Assembly: GCA_963693365.1 (NCBI GenBank)
Contig: CAVNZM010000007.1
Location: 6,755,962 to 6,819,961, forward strand
Source of the DNA: Amoebidium appalachense
Taxonomy: Eukaryota; Protista; Ichthyosporea
Length of the DNA: 64,000 nucleotides
Direction: 5' to 3'
Shown here: in pieces, positions 1 to 13,752 of the stretch
Layout of the letters: every line of letters begins with the position of its first letter
Numbering within the stretch: the first letter of the stretch is position 1
Notes under the pieces: generated by a model
The model's database searches: none
The model's input: only the letters and a program-made list of their open reading frames with translations
What the model was told of the DNA's origin: nothing
Translations under genes and position numbers: made by a program

Positions 1-44
<44 letters not shown>

Positions 45-111
45 GGGGAAAGCGGGGCAGGTGGACTAAAACGACACAGGCTATGTTCGTAAGGGGTGAT
101 TTTTTTTTTGT

Positions 112-149
<38 letters not shown>

Positions 150-802
150 AACACGGCACCAGATTATGATGTGTGGCAATCGGGCAGAAAAGGGGGGGGA
201 AAGGGGGGGCGGGTCTCGAACGGAAATATGGACTGAAGAATGTGCAAACCAAAAAAAAAAAAAAAAAAGGAAAGATTACAGCCGCATGGGCAAGGAAAGA
301 GGGAAAAGAGGGGGAGGGGGGGGGGGAAGGGGGGAGGCTGGGATGCGGTGGGATGGGGTAGCTCTGGAGGGTGGCGAGCCTGGGGGGAAGGGGGGGGGGG
401 GGGGGGGGGGGGGGGGGAGGGGGGGGTAGCAAAAAGGGCAATAAAAGTGCCACTACTTTCTGATGACTTTTCAACAAACCTTCATCCTTAAATCTGCCTC
501 CCCTCCCCTCTCTCCCCCCCCCACACCCTCCCTGCCCCGCCCCCTCCCCCTTCCCCCCCCCCTTTACCCACACACACACACAGAGAGAGAGAGAGAGGGG
601 GGGGGGGGGGGGGGGAGGCACGCATCAACCCACACACAGCCAGGCACGCACAAACAAACACAAACAGTATGTGCACTTGTCTCTCAAGCCCCCATTCACA
701 TGTTGCCAACTCTCCCCCCCCCCCCCCTCCTTTTTTCTTTTGCTCTCTCACGCCACCGTTCCAATGTTGAAAGTCTACCCCCCCCCCATCCCTCCCCTCC
801 CC

Positions 803-834
<32 letters not shown>

Positions 835-903
835 TTAGTGGATCGCACCGCCACCACCACCCAAAAATAAAGAGATAGATGCCAGAAAACAGTGTCCACT
901 CAC

Positions 904-1155
904 CCCCTCTGCCGGCTCATCCTCGTTCACCTGCTGTGCCAGCTGTGCCAGTTGCTGCTCCAAATCGTCAATCCGTGTGCCCATGGCGTCGATTCTGCAA
1001 ACAAAACACTGTCAGTGACAAGTCGGGACCAAGGAAGACCGCGATGTCAAGCACACATAACTTCACATGGCAAAGACGTGTGTGGTTATACGCTGAAATG
1101 TAAACGTACAAGAGGGCGGGTGCACCGTCAAAGTCCACAGACGGACCACGCAGCA

Positions 1156-1189
<34 letters not shown>

Positions 1190-1476
1190 GGGGAGGAAGA
1201 GGGACAGGGTTGAGAGGGGAGGGCTGGAACACACGTGTTCACTCCACATGTGTCCTCGCCTAAGATTATCATTGGAGGAGAGATAAATGTGGGGCAAACA
1301 AGGGGAGGAGCGGGTAGGGTGGTATAACTCAAATGTATGTTTATATGGTGTTTTGAATGAAAGATGGAAGGGGGAGAAGGTTACAGGAAGAGGTGGGTGG
1401 TGGGGGGAATGGAGAGGGAAGGGGGGGGTGGGGGGGAGGTGGGGGGAGGTGACGTTGGGGTGGTGGTGGGGAGGGG

Positions 1477-1517
<41 letters not shown>

Positions 1518-1800
1518 CTGTCCTCCCCACCACTACAACAGAACAGAACTTAGCCCCCCACCGTCCGACAAAAAACAAGATAGACCAAACCAAAGCCTTG
1601 TGGCCTGCTTTCTGCTGCAAACCACTTCGTAACCACAATCCTTCCTTTTCATTCAACAAGCCCGAGCCTCCACCTCCCTGCCGTCCTCTCTCCTTTTGTC
1701 CCCCGCCTCTCCCCCCCTCCTCCTCCCGTCCTTTCAAAGAAAACAAACAACCACAATTATCACACATCAGCAAAGTCAGATGCGCGCGCGCACACACACA

Positions 1801-1891
<91 letters not shown>

Positions 1892-1893
1892 CC

Positions 1894-1953
<60 letters not shown>

Positions 1954-2533
1954 ACACACAACAGACACACAGAGCGACACTGCCACCACACACAGACACA
2001 GAGGCACACAGACTGCCTCCGTTCCTTTCAACCCCACCGGTGCACACATATACTCCCTCTTGCCCCTCCTCATCCTCCACCTCCCCTCCCCCTCAGTACT
2101 CTCCGGCCTCCTTCTATCAACTAAAAATACACCGAAACAAAACAAAACACACACGTGCACACAAACTGTGCCCATTCTTCTCCTCACCCAAGTAAGCACA
2201 CACGCTCTCGGTTCCCCTTCCCCCGCCCCCTCCCCTCCCCTCCCCCCTCCCCCCTCCTCTTCCCCACCCCTCCCTCCCCCTTTCCCCCTTCCAGCTTTCT
2301 TCTGCTAGCTAACCAATCCCAATTACCAGCCCGCGCAATGTAATAACCACCCCATATCCCATGCACATGCACACGCACCTGCTTATAATCTGGTCTGACA
2401 TGGTCTGAAACTTTTCGCTTATGCCTGTGAGCATCTGTGTAACGTATGCCGTGAGGTCAGACTCGGCTGCCCCAGGCGCCGCTGAGGAGGTGGCGGTCGG
2501 GGCCTTGTCTGCGCTTGCACCTGCGTCTGCCAT
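904..2533 (-). CDS. HSBP1: Heat shock factor binding protein 1 (exons 2533-2379 and 994-904; terminal exon unresolved)
   Basis: Exon 1 MADAG...DLTAYVTQMLTGISEKFQTMSDQIIS ends AG|GTGCGT (phase 2). Exon 2 follows ttgcag| and continues R-IDAMGTRIDDLEQQLAQL..., ending GGG|GTGAGT. KFQTMSDQII.RID.M..RIDDLE is the HSBP1 signature. Confidence 0.92.
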
Positions 2534-3129
2534 GTTTCTCTCTGGGCACTTTACGCGAAAAAAAAAAAAAATACAAAACAAAGGTTCACTGTTATGGGGA
2601 AAAAAGTAAGTTTCATCCGTCACGATGATTTTCGAGCCAAGAATACCTTCCTAATTAGGCAGGTGGTCGGGCGATCTAGGAAGAACAGAACTGCACTCTG
2701 GGGTGATGCCTGCCACGCCAAACGTTAACGCCGATAAAACTTGACAGGCTGTGACTGTGAGTATACAGTGCTGTACAAGGGGCCATCAATATGATGGTGC
2801 TATGGTGTTAAGGTGGACAGATTATCGCAAGCTGCTATATAAACAAGAATAATAAACAAATTACCCGCCCAGTACATACTGTGTATGTAGGGCACAGCAA
2901 GGGCCGTTGAAATTACCCGGCAACTTGGCGCCGCGTGATCACGATGCTGGGCATAACTATGACGTCACGTACATAGCGGCCCATGAGTAACAAACTCGAT
3001 CGCGAAAAAAGAAAACAAACTACCATGATAATGATTTAAGAGTCATTTGGGTGCATGGGTTCGCTAAAGAAACATTGGCTCTACATGTGGAGCTGCTGCA
3101 TAAATGTTCTTATTAGCTACATTTTTGAG

Positions 3130-3335
3130 TGTGCACCTCATTGAAAGAAAAGAAGACGCCTCCGGGACTCCGGGTCCCAACATGATCCCCCTACGCTCGA
3201 CGTTCTTTCAATCAGATTTTAACGGCATTGGAATGCATACAGCTCACCCACAACACATTCCCGGAAAGCCGGAAGCCCCGTGCGCGCGGAAAATCTGGGG
3301 GAGCATAGCAGGAGTAACTTGTAAGGACTATTAGT
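3130..3335 (+). promoter_or_regulatory. Conserved non-coding block upstream of paralogue A
   Basis: Aligns to 14299-14573 upstream of paralogue B; identical CAGATTTTAACGGCATTGGAATG and similar CACCCACAAC(A/G)CATTCCCGGAA. Confidence 0.55.
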
Positions 3336-3701
3336 TTACTAGAGAGAAAACCAAAGCGAACACACAAATATAGAGAAATAAGAATAAAATATTTTTTTTT
3401 AAAGAATAATAATAAGCTTAAACCTTGGCAATGACAACAATAATGAAGACCTGTCCATGACAGTCCATCCCAGCTTTTATCCGGTATCTTCGGGAAAATG
3501 GACAGAGAGGGGTTCTTGCAACATCCTATAACGGCTTCGGAATTCAAACATCCGAAAACAAAAAGACTGGCCGTACAAAAACTTTAAAGCCTTCACACAA
3601 CCTGCCCACACCCCTTGAGTAAAGTGGTGACCAGCAAGCTGAAGTAGTGACGTATTTCACTGTGGTTAAGTGTTCAACTACCCACCTACCACTATAACAC
3701 C

Positions 3702-4529
3702 ATGAAGCACCCCGTTTTCCTTTCCGCCCTTGTGGCCCTTCTTGCACCCACCGTGTTTGCAACAAGCTGCCCCGAACAATGCGTCCTCCTTCGCTCCAAG
3801 GTGGCCCAAGAGTTTCCTCACTGCGAAGCAAAGTGCCTGGACCCAACAGACAAGACAATATGCCGCGGGCTATGCGGCTTCAACGTTGTTGGTCAAGATA
3901 TTCTCAACCCGACGTTCACACCCAACGATGGTCAAACTGTGGCAATCGCTGCGTGCGTGCAAGACTCATGCGGCGACCGCCCGGCGCTGCTAGCTGCTGC
4001 AGCTCCGAGTGCAAAATCCCAGCACCGCCCACGTGTTTTTGACGATGATGACGATGAATACTATTCGGTCGAGTATAGGCGCGTTCCTCCACAGGCAACA
4101 AGGGAGCAAGAGCAAGAGGGAAACGAAAATGCGTACAAATACTACCGCGGGCCGGCACGCCGCAGTGTTCCGAGGCGGGGTCGTGCTGATGCATCACGCG
4201 ATGAAGGTCAAAATGGGTGGGCGTTTTTCCAAGCGAAGGGAATGGTTTTGACAAAAATGGAGCAAAAAATGGACAACTTTTTCGCTTGGTGCGGTAAGGC
4301 AGTCACTTTCCTTCTGCATCTTGTGGACAAAATCGACATAGTTGTCGACAATGTACGAGAGGTGCTGGGCACGGTGCAGGAGGACATTGACACCATCAGA
4401 AACAACAAGCCTGACCTGAAACCCCTCAAAGCCAAACATGCCTACGACAATGACGATGATTACGAGGTCTATAAAGCGCGCCGTCAGCATGCGCAGAGGA
4501 AGTTTGGTGCAAAACGCAGGGTGTGGTAA
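3702..4529 (+). CDS. Secreted cysteine-rich protein of unknown function, paralogue A (275 aa, intronless)
   Basis: Clean ORF with a signal-peptide-like N-terminus (MKHPVFLSALVALLAPTVFA), 8 Cys in three CxxxC and one CxxxxC, acidic Tyr-rich segments and an amphipathic helix. Colinear with the ORF at 14955-15710. Confidence 0.85.
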   Translation: MKHPVFLSALVALLAPTVFATSCPEQCVLLRSKVAQEFPHCEAKCLDPTDKTICRGLCGFNVVGQDILNPTFTPNDGQTVAIAACVQDSCGDRPALLAAAAPSAKSQHRPRVFDDDDDEYYSVEYRRVPPQATREQEQEGNENAYKYYRGPARRSVPRRGRADASRDEGQNGWAFFQAKGMVLTKMEQKMDNFFAWCGKAVTFLLHLVDKIDIVVDNVREVLGTVQEDIDTIRNNKPDLKPLKAKHAYDNDDDYEVYKARRQHAQRKFGAKRRVW

Positions 4530-5279
4530 ATAAGAATAAGACCACGACTAAATATAAGCACAGTGCCTGGGGTTGGCCACCAGTACAATGTCATGTAAAC
4601 TAAATTACAAGTAATAGCTATGTGGTCGCCAAGCCGTCGACAGGTGTTGTAGTAAGAAGCTCATTAAAATGATTAAAAATTAATTTTAGAAAAAGAATTA
4701 AAACAGAATTTTCCATCCGGGCTTGTTCAACCTCTCGTATTCCCCCCCTCCCTCCGGGGGAGGGGCCTCCGGGACCCGTACACGTGTTCTCCTTTTCTTT
4801 TACTGTCCGAGTTTTTTTCGTCGACGACGTCTAGACGCTAAATATATGTTTGCAATCTACTGCACCCGTATTTTGACGAAAACACTAGCTTTTTGCGCAA
4901 AATCTGCATTCTGTTTTCCGTCATGATGTATGTGTACCTAAGACCGCAAAAGTTTTACGATATTCTAACAACCCCCCCACCCCCCCCCCTCCTCCCCTCT
5001 CCCCTCTCCCTTCCTGGAGATTTAGCTCTTATGTGTCCCTTTTTTGTTGTGCACACCCATTACGCTTTCCGCTGTGGATGTTTACCTCACACATTTTGTC
5101 GGACTCCCCCCCCCCCCCCCCCCCCCCCCCCCCCACCCACCCCCTCCCCCTGCCGCCCCCGGAGGATGAGATGAGCTCTGCTTTTTAGGCATGCTTTTTG
5201 TGTGGTTTGCACCCTGCATTATGTTGGCCGTTATAAATGTGTACTTCGTATGTACTCTATAAGGCATTCCAAAACCTCC

Positions 5280-5310
<31 letters not shown>

Positions 5311-5668
5311 ACACACACTTTTCACTCTCCTCCTCCGATGTTTACAAGTTTATTCTTCCCACGAGCTTTTGGAATCTGGTACCCACGCATGAATCATGTT
5401 TGTGCTAAATGCAGCATTCTTACCGCGCGCCATCCCTGCCTTTGTTCATTTACTAGCCACCCCTTCTGTGCTGGTCATACTTTCGATTCTCAGTAAGTTA
5501 GTGTGTCCCTTCAAGTTTTGGTGTAGTTTTTGTGGTCTTTCTTTTTTTGTTCCTCCCCCCCCCCCCCCCCCCCCCCCCCGGGGGCCCTCCCCGCAGCGGA
5601 GGACGGGCTCTGCTAAAGATGCATACTCTTCTTTCCCCCTACCCGTTCCTTCTCTCTCTCTCTCTGAG

Positions 5669-5762
<94 letters not shown>

Positions 5763-5763
5763 C

Positions 5764-5818
<55 letters not shown>

Positions 5819-5860
5819 CTCTCCGGATCCTCTCTCTCCCTCCCGGTTTCCCCCCTCCCC

Positions 5861-5892
<32 letters not shown>

Positions 5893-6429
5893 GTCTCTCT
5901 GAATCTAATCTATCCTTTCCCCCGGCCTATCGTCCCTTGTAGCGGACTCTAACACCCTTTTCTTCGCCCACCCCTCCCATTAGTTCCGTGTTGCAGTTTG
6001 TGTGCATCATTAGTTTCGAAATTTTTCCGTTGTGCTCGATCCGTACAGCACAGCAACAGTGTGGTGATTCTGGTTGGTACCAGCATGTGGGTGCAGGCGC
6101 TTCCGTCCAAGTGTGTGTGTAGGAGGGTGGGTGGGTCACGGTGTACATGTGTGTACGTGTTTCTCTATCCGAGGGGAGGGAGGGGGGTTTTGAGTTACAA
6201 TCCATAGCTTTTGTATATATGGTGGTTTTGCTTTTGCCTCTGGCCGTGGTGAAAACATATGGTGGCACGGGGTGCATCGAAGCATGAGCTGGTGTTTAGT
6301 TGTTTCGTTTCCCTGATACTGTTGGGCTTTATTGGCTGCATGCTCTCTGTGCTCTCTCAGCATGTCTGCTGAAGTATTGCTCCGTGTATCTTTGATCCTG
6401 TGTGTTGTTGCCGCACTGGAACTGTTCAG

Positions 6430-6463
<34 letters not shown>

Positions 6464-6484
6464 TTGCCCCCCAAAAAAGGAGGG

Positions 6485-6540
<56 letters not shown>

Positions 6541-7361
6541 ATTCTTTCTTCCTCTCTCTTCTCTCGTTTCTGGTCTTGACGTTTTCTCGTGCTGGACCCC
6601 ACCCCCCCCACAGACACACACACACACCTTTTCTTTTTTTTTTGGGCGGGGGGCCGGGGGGGGGGGGGGGGGGGGGGGTTCAGGTTCTTACCTCCTTTTG
6701 TCGACTCCTATACACCTTATAAACGACTTAGGACCCTATACACCTTATAATTGACTTAGATGACACCGAGCCAATGTTTTCGTGTACTCTTGTCAATCGT
6801 GAGCATATCTCAGACGGCACTGGTTGTGAGCCCATACAATAAATTGTTACCAAAGTTAAGTTGGGATGATTTCGGCCCATCATCTTGGATGGTCATCATA
6901 ATGATTGCACAATGTCATGATTCCACACTTAAGCTTGCAGATCATTTTGCTTGCTTCGGTACGTACCGGAAAAAAATGCCTATGTGGGCAGGCAACTGAG
7001 TTCCGGCATGACATTGTAGACTGGCTACCGATGTTAAAGTTTCTAGTAGAAGGTCATTTTTAAGTGGGTTTTCTTTCCATTTGATTTAGTAGACATGCAT
7101 GCTATCGACATGAACCGTCTTGAAGCACTCCCTGCACACCGTGGCACCAGTTATTGGCTTATGATATAAGCGTATACACACAAATAACACACATACATAG
7201 GTCATAGACACACGCACACACGCACGATGGATAACAACATTATCATCTTTGTCAAATATCCGGTTACGTCACCACCTGATGACAGAGGGGCCACATTGAG
7301 GAGGATGCCTGGACCGTGACCACGGACAAAGTGTAGGTGTGTGTGCGTGCTCAGGTGTGTG

Positions 7362-7423
<62 letters not shown>

Positions 7424-7450
7424 AATGTGTGTATGTGTGTGTGTGTGTGC

Positions 7451-7523
<73 letters not shown>

Positions 7524-7795
7524 ACGTGAGTTTTTGCACGACCGTCACGGTGTGTGCGCCAGTATGTGTGCGTGTGTCTGGGGGGGGGGGGGGGGGAGGG
7601 GGGGGGGGGGGGGGGGGCTGAGTGGTGGTGGTGACATTTTGGGGCGGGCTGGGGGGGAGGGGGGGGGGGTGTTGCAGGAAAATCACGTGTCCAGGAAATT
7701 CGTACTCCCCCTAAACCCCCCGTTCAGGAAAATCACGTAACCCGCCTATATGTTGGATACGTGATTTTCCTGGAACCCCCCCCCCCCCCGTCCTC

Positions 7796-7928
<133 letters not shown>

Positions 7929-8107
7929 CATGTGCATTTGCCTGCACATAGAAGAAGGGGGGGGGGGGGGGGGGGGGGGGACGAAAAGGACTGTGTGCTG
8001 AGGATTAATGTAGGGGTGAATGACTTCTATAATGATTAATCACGCTAGGGGTACCTCCGCGTTTACGTTCTGGCTGTGACATGGGGAAGGGATAAGGGAA
8101 GGGGGAA

Positions 8108-8143
<36 letters not shown>

Positions 8144-8144
<1 letters not shown>

Positions 8145-9273
8145 TGGAACATGATGAGATTACTAACATTAAGGGACCTCTTTGCGGGCTGTACACACAC
8201 AGACACAGACACACACCCACACACACACACACACACACACATACACACACACACACACACAAAACAGCCGATATGTACAGCTTGTCAGTGCCGTTCGTGA
8301 TGGGGAATATTGTCGGGAATTTGACACCTATGTCACTGGCGATCACATCTACAGCGTCCAGTGGTTAAAAGAATACGTCTCACCCTCGCGCAAGGTGCGG
8401 AATGTTACATTTGACTGTAACACCGGTCATCTATTGGAGAGGTGGCTGTCCACTATTATGGCAAAGATTACATTACAGTAATGCCTTATATTTAATTATC
8501 AGTGATGGCAAATAAGGAATGTATGTCTATTCGAATATTATATTATCGATTGGATCAAGTTTGACTGCAAGCATGCACAATTATTATTTTTTTTCAATTT
8601 GAGAACGGTTATTTGGGGCAGTGTTGGAATGGTTCGAATTTGATTTCAGAAAAAAAAAAAAAAAAAATTTAACACCATAATAAAGGGGTTTACACACCAT
8701 AAAAAACGATGACGTCACCGTTTCCGCGGAAACAGAGTAAATTGATGACGTCATAATTGCGTCACTGTTTCCGCGGAAACAGAGTAGATCGATGACGGCA
8801 TAAATGCGTCACTGTTTCCGCGGAAACAGAGTAGATCGTTGACGTCATAATTGCGTCACTGTTTCCGCGGAAACGGGGGGGGGGGGGGGAGGGGTTGTTA
8901 AGTAGAATATCTTTTAACCAATTTATAATGTATGTTTTTCAGGGAGGGTACTGGCGAAACAGCGCTATCCACACGAGTTCTGAGGGCCAATGAGTCGCTT
9001 CAAAGCTCTTTGCCGCCCACACGTCTGACTCAGACGGCCTGGGGCACTTAGGCCGGGATTCTGCGATGGCTGCCTTCAATGCACCGTACTCACTTGTTAT
9101 GGGGAATGTTCGTGCACTGATGGATAAAATAATCCGGAACTGTGCTGCATGCCTGATACGGAAAGCCATCCCTGCGCAGCCCCAACCACGGACGGTTGTT
9201 ACTGCCGACAGGCCAGGACTAATCGTAAGTTGGATGTGTGGGAAGGTGAAAGCTGGGGTGGGAGGGAGGGGAA

Positions 9274-9324
<51 letters not shown>

Positions 9325-9877
9325 AAAAAGGAAAGGTGGATGTTTGGAGACCGTTTGCCCATTACGATAGACCTTTCGCCTATTAAAAGTTTGATGGAAA
9401 TGGCACGCTGACATTAAATTCGGACCCTGGCAGGTTCTCCTGGATTTCAGTGGGTGTCCAGAAGACCCTACAACGCGTATACGGCGCATGCTTTTGGGCA
9501 TTGACCATCACAGCAAGTATGGGTGGGGGATACCGGTGAAAGCGGAAACCACAGAAGAAGTTATCCGATTACTGGAGCGAATTTTGATGGACACCGATAT
9601 CATTGAACTGTGGCTCGACAACGGCGGCAGCTTTGTATCGAACGAGTTCAGGGCATGGTATACGCAGCGGTGCATCACTATCATGAATCTCAAAGCATTC
9701 AGTCCCCAGAGGCATGGTGAGATCGAGCGTCTGCACCGCACTATACGTGGGTTGCTGGAGACCGCGTTGGCTGCTGACCCGTCGCTCGATCAATCCTTTC
9801 CGGTTACACAGAACCTGGCAAGCTTTTTGATCAGGTCATCATCCAATACAATCGGTGGTATCACTCCACACTCCACC
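8144..9877 (+). pseudogene. Intron-containing Gypsy-like integrase/transposase (HHCC + DD35E), one apparent frameshift near 9002
   Basis: Phase-compatible exons 8144-8190, 8268-8441, 8943-9224 and 9434-9877. HTSDSDGLGH...CAAC zinc finger, then LLDFSG, IDHHSKY, WLDNGGSFVS and SPQRHGEIER with D(35)E spacing. One extra A in caaagc (9001-9006) restores RVLRANESLQKLFAAH. Confidence 0.8.
8708..8875. repeat. 47-bp tandem array of palindromes inside a transposase intron
   Basis: CCGCGG centres at 8724, 8771, 8818 and 8865 (period 47). Unit contains the 18-bp palindrome CTGTTTCCGCGGAAACAG and TGACGTCA. Confidence 0.9.
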
Positions 9878-9905
9878 GTGTGTGAGTGTGTGTGTGTGTG
9901 TGAGT

Positions 9906-9990
<85 letters not shown>

Positions 9991-10696
9991 ACATGCTTTA
10001 TAATTGCTGACTTTTTGAAAACCGAAACGAGTCCAACACATGCACTATATCTGTAATGGGAATGCTAATCTGGCCCACGTTCCTGGATGAACGTGTTTCA
10101 AATTGAAGACGGGCGACGTGGATCATAAAGTGGTTCCTTGCACAATGTGTGTTCCGTAAGTCAGTGATGTTGAAAAGTCATAGAGCTTAAACAGTCCCAG
10201 TTTGTTATCCACGAACTGATTCGTGAACATTCACGATTGGCTCACTGCTCTCTTGAAATTGCTATATATATTAATCCATCTGGATATCTGCACTCTTAAT
10301 GTATGAGTGATTACCGTGGTTTCTATTCAGCCCCCCCCCCCCCCCCCCCCCCCCTCATACACACAGTTTTGTCACACATATAATAACAATCACATGATCC
10401 CCCCCCCCCCCCCCCCCCCCCTCCAAACACACACAGACAAAAAACAGTGCAGACACAGTTGACGATTCATGAAACATGCTTTGGTGACGGGATGATCGAT
10501 GGGATCATTGCACGTTTATTGGCCACTCCCTCAACCCAATAAGATTTCTTTCCTGGTGCCCAGCACCACATATGTATCGCATATGTTCACTCATACACAC
10601 ACCCCTTCGTGAATAGCTATGGCAATGTGATCGAAAATTGATGAAAAAAAATTAAGTAAGTGAACTCAAACTAATTATTCAACTATCAACATATCC

Positions 10697-10786
<90 letters not shown>

Positions 10787-10941
10787 GGGGACGGGGGGGG
10801 GAGGGGGTCCAGGAAAATCACGTATCCAACATATAGGCGGGTTACGTGATTTTCCTGAACGGGGGGTTTAGGGGGAGTACGAATTTCCTGGACACGTGAT
10901 TTTCCTGCAACAGGGGGGGGGGGGGGGGGCTGGGTGGTGGT

Positions 10942-10977
<36 letters not shown>

Positions 10978-11241
10978 AGGGGGGATGCATGGGTGTGGGT
11001 GGGTGTGGGTGGTTGGAAGAGATGGGGTTGAAAGAGATGGGGTTGAAACGGTGGGTGGGTGGGTGGGTGTGTTGGTGGGTGGATGTCTGTGTACACCAAC
11101 TCATCCGATGCGGTGTGTTTGTGTGGGGTTTCCAGCTTTTTACTGGCTTCTGGGACAGGCGACGAGCTTAGTGTTGGCTAGCCTTGCCTAGCACACGCAC
11201 GCACACACAGACGCGCGCGCACACACACACACATACATCAT

Positions 11242-11273
<32 letters not shown>

Positions 11274-11753
11274 CCCCCCATACCCCATTGTCAGTGGGCT
11301 CAGAATCTGTGAGCTGTGTGCTGCCGGCGTACCAAATGATATTATTCGGAGCGTGAGGTCACATGCAAATTCATCATCCCGCGTGCGGCCTCTCGGTGTT
11401 ACACACTCTCGTTGCACTTTCGCTTTGTCTCTACGATTTTTCCCTACCGTCCCTCAGCTGCAGTCTCCTACATCCCTCCCCTCACTCGCTCCCCCCCACC
11501 ACATTGAATTGAGTCGACACTTGTTTACTTGACTTGTAGGGAGTCCTGAGAATGGTCCGGGCGCTGTGTGTGCTGTGTGATTTTTTGTTGTGCTTAAAGT
11601 TCTGTTTACAACCGTGAAATTGGCACCTTGTAACAATGATTAACACCCCCCCCCCCCCCCCCCCCCCCATACACACACACACTACCACCACCACTGCAAC
11701 CACTGACACAACCCACTCACCACACCCATGCACAGTGTGCATGCACACGCACG

Positions 11754-11847
<94 letters not shown>

Positions 11848-12072
11848 GTCACACAGGGTACACACACACACACAGTGACACACACACACACAAAAAAAAA
11901 GGGGGGGGAGGGGGGGGGGGGGGGGGGGGGGGGCAGGGAACTTCACGGGGGAGTCCAACGCCAATGAGGTTCTGATCAACCTGAAGCTGATTGTAAATAA
12001 ATGGGACGGCTGAGTTATATATATTGGTTTACTAATGAATCAGTATTATACATAATAGTGACTCTAGTAGAT

Positions 12073-12113
<41 letters not shown>

Positions 12114-12138
12114 ACAAAAAAAAAAGAAAGAAAGAAAG

Positions 12139-12238
<100 letters not shown>

Positions 12239-12266
12239 TGAAAGAAAAGAGAGAGAGGCTCGCGGG

Positions 12267-12370
<104 letters not shown>

Positions 12371-12376
12371 AGAGGG

Positions 12377-12407
<31 letters not shown>

Positions 12408-12599
12408 GGGATTGAGAAAGAAAGAAAGAAAAAAGAGAAAGGTGCAAGAGAAAGACCCCCCCAGGCGCTCCCACGGCCCTCCCTCCCATTCTGCCCCTCC
12501 CCCCACCCCCCCACCCACCCCACCCCCCACCCCCCACCCTACCCACCGCACCCCCACCGCGCGCCCCCCCTCCGGCCCGGGAGCTCCGGCCTCCCGGGC

Positions 12600-13065
12600 C
12601 CATTCGAGTTCCCCCCTGGCACAGCTACATGTACGGGTTGCCTTTATTAACTATGGCACCCCCTGATACCGTTGCAAATGTTCTCCAATCACTAGATGAC
12701 TTCCACTACACAACTTGTTGTACATTTCTTACTGGCCTTTCCACACCTATTTCTAGATCTAGACGCCTTTTCGATTCTTTGTGACGCACTCACACCACCA
12801 TCACAACGCATACACGAATTAGCCCTTAAATTTCACGAGCACATCACCCGCCTATCCGCCATTGCCCCAACCCATCCACTCTTCCGGCTACACGCATCCC
12901 CGCCGGACTCGCCCCTCTACCTCTTCCCTTCCACATCGGCTCTGTCCATTGTCGAGCGATATGCGGAGTGGCTGGCGACTCCACCGGAGGTACGGCTGGA
13001 CCATAGTGTGACTATGAATAGTTTTAAGTCTATGGCTGATAGATACCTTTTTACTTTACGTGTCG
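12600..13065 (+). mobile_element. 5'-truncated non-LTR retrotransposon (CR1/L2-like) ORF2 C-terminal fragment
   Basis: YMYGLPLL...LQSLDDFHYTTC, frameshift, LLAFP...PPSQRIHELALKFHEHITRL...HPLF...WLATPPEVRLDHSVTMNSFKSMADRYL. Resembles the post-RT region and the W..LP..V...S..SFK..L tail of CR1/L2-type LINEs. Confidence 0.55.
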
Positions 13066-13074
13066 ATTCCCTCC

Positions 13075-13102
13075 CTACCACCTACTGAGGCGGTGTCTCC
13101 TT

Positions 13103-13143
<41 letters not shown>

Positions 13144-13191
13144 AAAGGGACAAAAACGTCGCACGTGCGGCAACACGTCAGTACGTGTTAG
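13075..13191 (-). mobile_element. MITE copy 1 (CTA..TAG ends, 9-bp TSD ATTCCCTCC)
   Basis: attccctcc at 13066-13074 and 13192-13200; ends CTACCACCTACTGAGG... and ...GTCAGTACGTGTTAG. Confidence 0.8.
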
Positions 13192-13200
13192 ATTCCCTCC

Positions 13201-13357
13201 CTAACACGTACTGACGTGTTGCCGCACGTGCGACGTTATACATCTGTTTGAGGCGCCCCCCCCCCCCCCCCCCCCCCTCTCCCTGGTGGGGGGGGGGGGG
13301 GCCGCCCCAAGTAGATGTATAACGTCGCACGTGCGGCAACACGTCAGTACGTGTTAA
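13201..13357. mobile_element. MITE copy 2 (symmetric, about 45-bp perfect inverted repeat)
   Basis: CTAACACGTACTGACGTGTTGCCGCACGTGCGACGTTATACATCT at 13201 and its reverse complement at about 13313-13356; poly-C/poly-G centre; right TSD not visible. Confidence 0.7.
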
Positions 13358-13358
13358 A

Positions 13359-13399
<41 letters not shown>

Positions 13400-13611
13400 C
13401 GGGCAAGATCATGGCATTGCAGGTTTGTCGTATCGGTTTACTACAATCAACAATACATACATGAAGTCAGGCACGACGGGCACCGTGTTTTCCACTAGTC
13501 AGTCGAGACGTTTTTTCTTCACTCTTAGTTTCAGATTTGCTTGTCTGCCAGGGCTGCCCCGGGCCGTGCGATAAAACTGACTCCTGTGCTGCTGGCTGAC
13601 ACGCATGCGGG

Positions 13612-13675
13612 CTAACACGTACTGACGTGTTGCCGCACATGCAACGTTATACATCTATTTGTGGGGTCCCTTTTT

Positions 13676-13711
<36 letters not shown>

Positions 13712-13752
13712 AAAGAAAAGGAAAAAGGAGACACCGCCTCAGTAGGTGGTAG
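13612..13752 (+). mobile_element. MITE copy 3 (9-bp TSD GC(A/G)TGCGGG)
   Basis: Same ends as copy 1 in the opposite orientation; flanks gcatgcggg (13603-13611) and gcgtgcggg (13753-13761). Confidence 0.8.

Noticed and set aside
5940-7340. Minus-strand protein-like fragments (VCRECFKTVHVD, MLREHREHAANKAQQYQ)
   Set aside because: Interrupted by stops with no recognisable domain; may be a decayed TE but unsupported.
8708-8875. Possible CRISPR array
   Set aside because: Intervening sequences are near-identical rather than unique spacers; eukaryotic context and no cas genes.
10040-10160. Cys-containing C-terminal exon (PHD-like) of the Ginger transposase
   Set aside because: No clean acceptor, stops in the candidate frames, motif incomplete.
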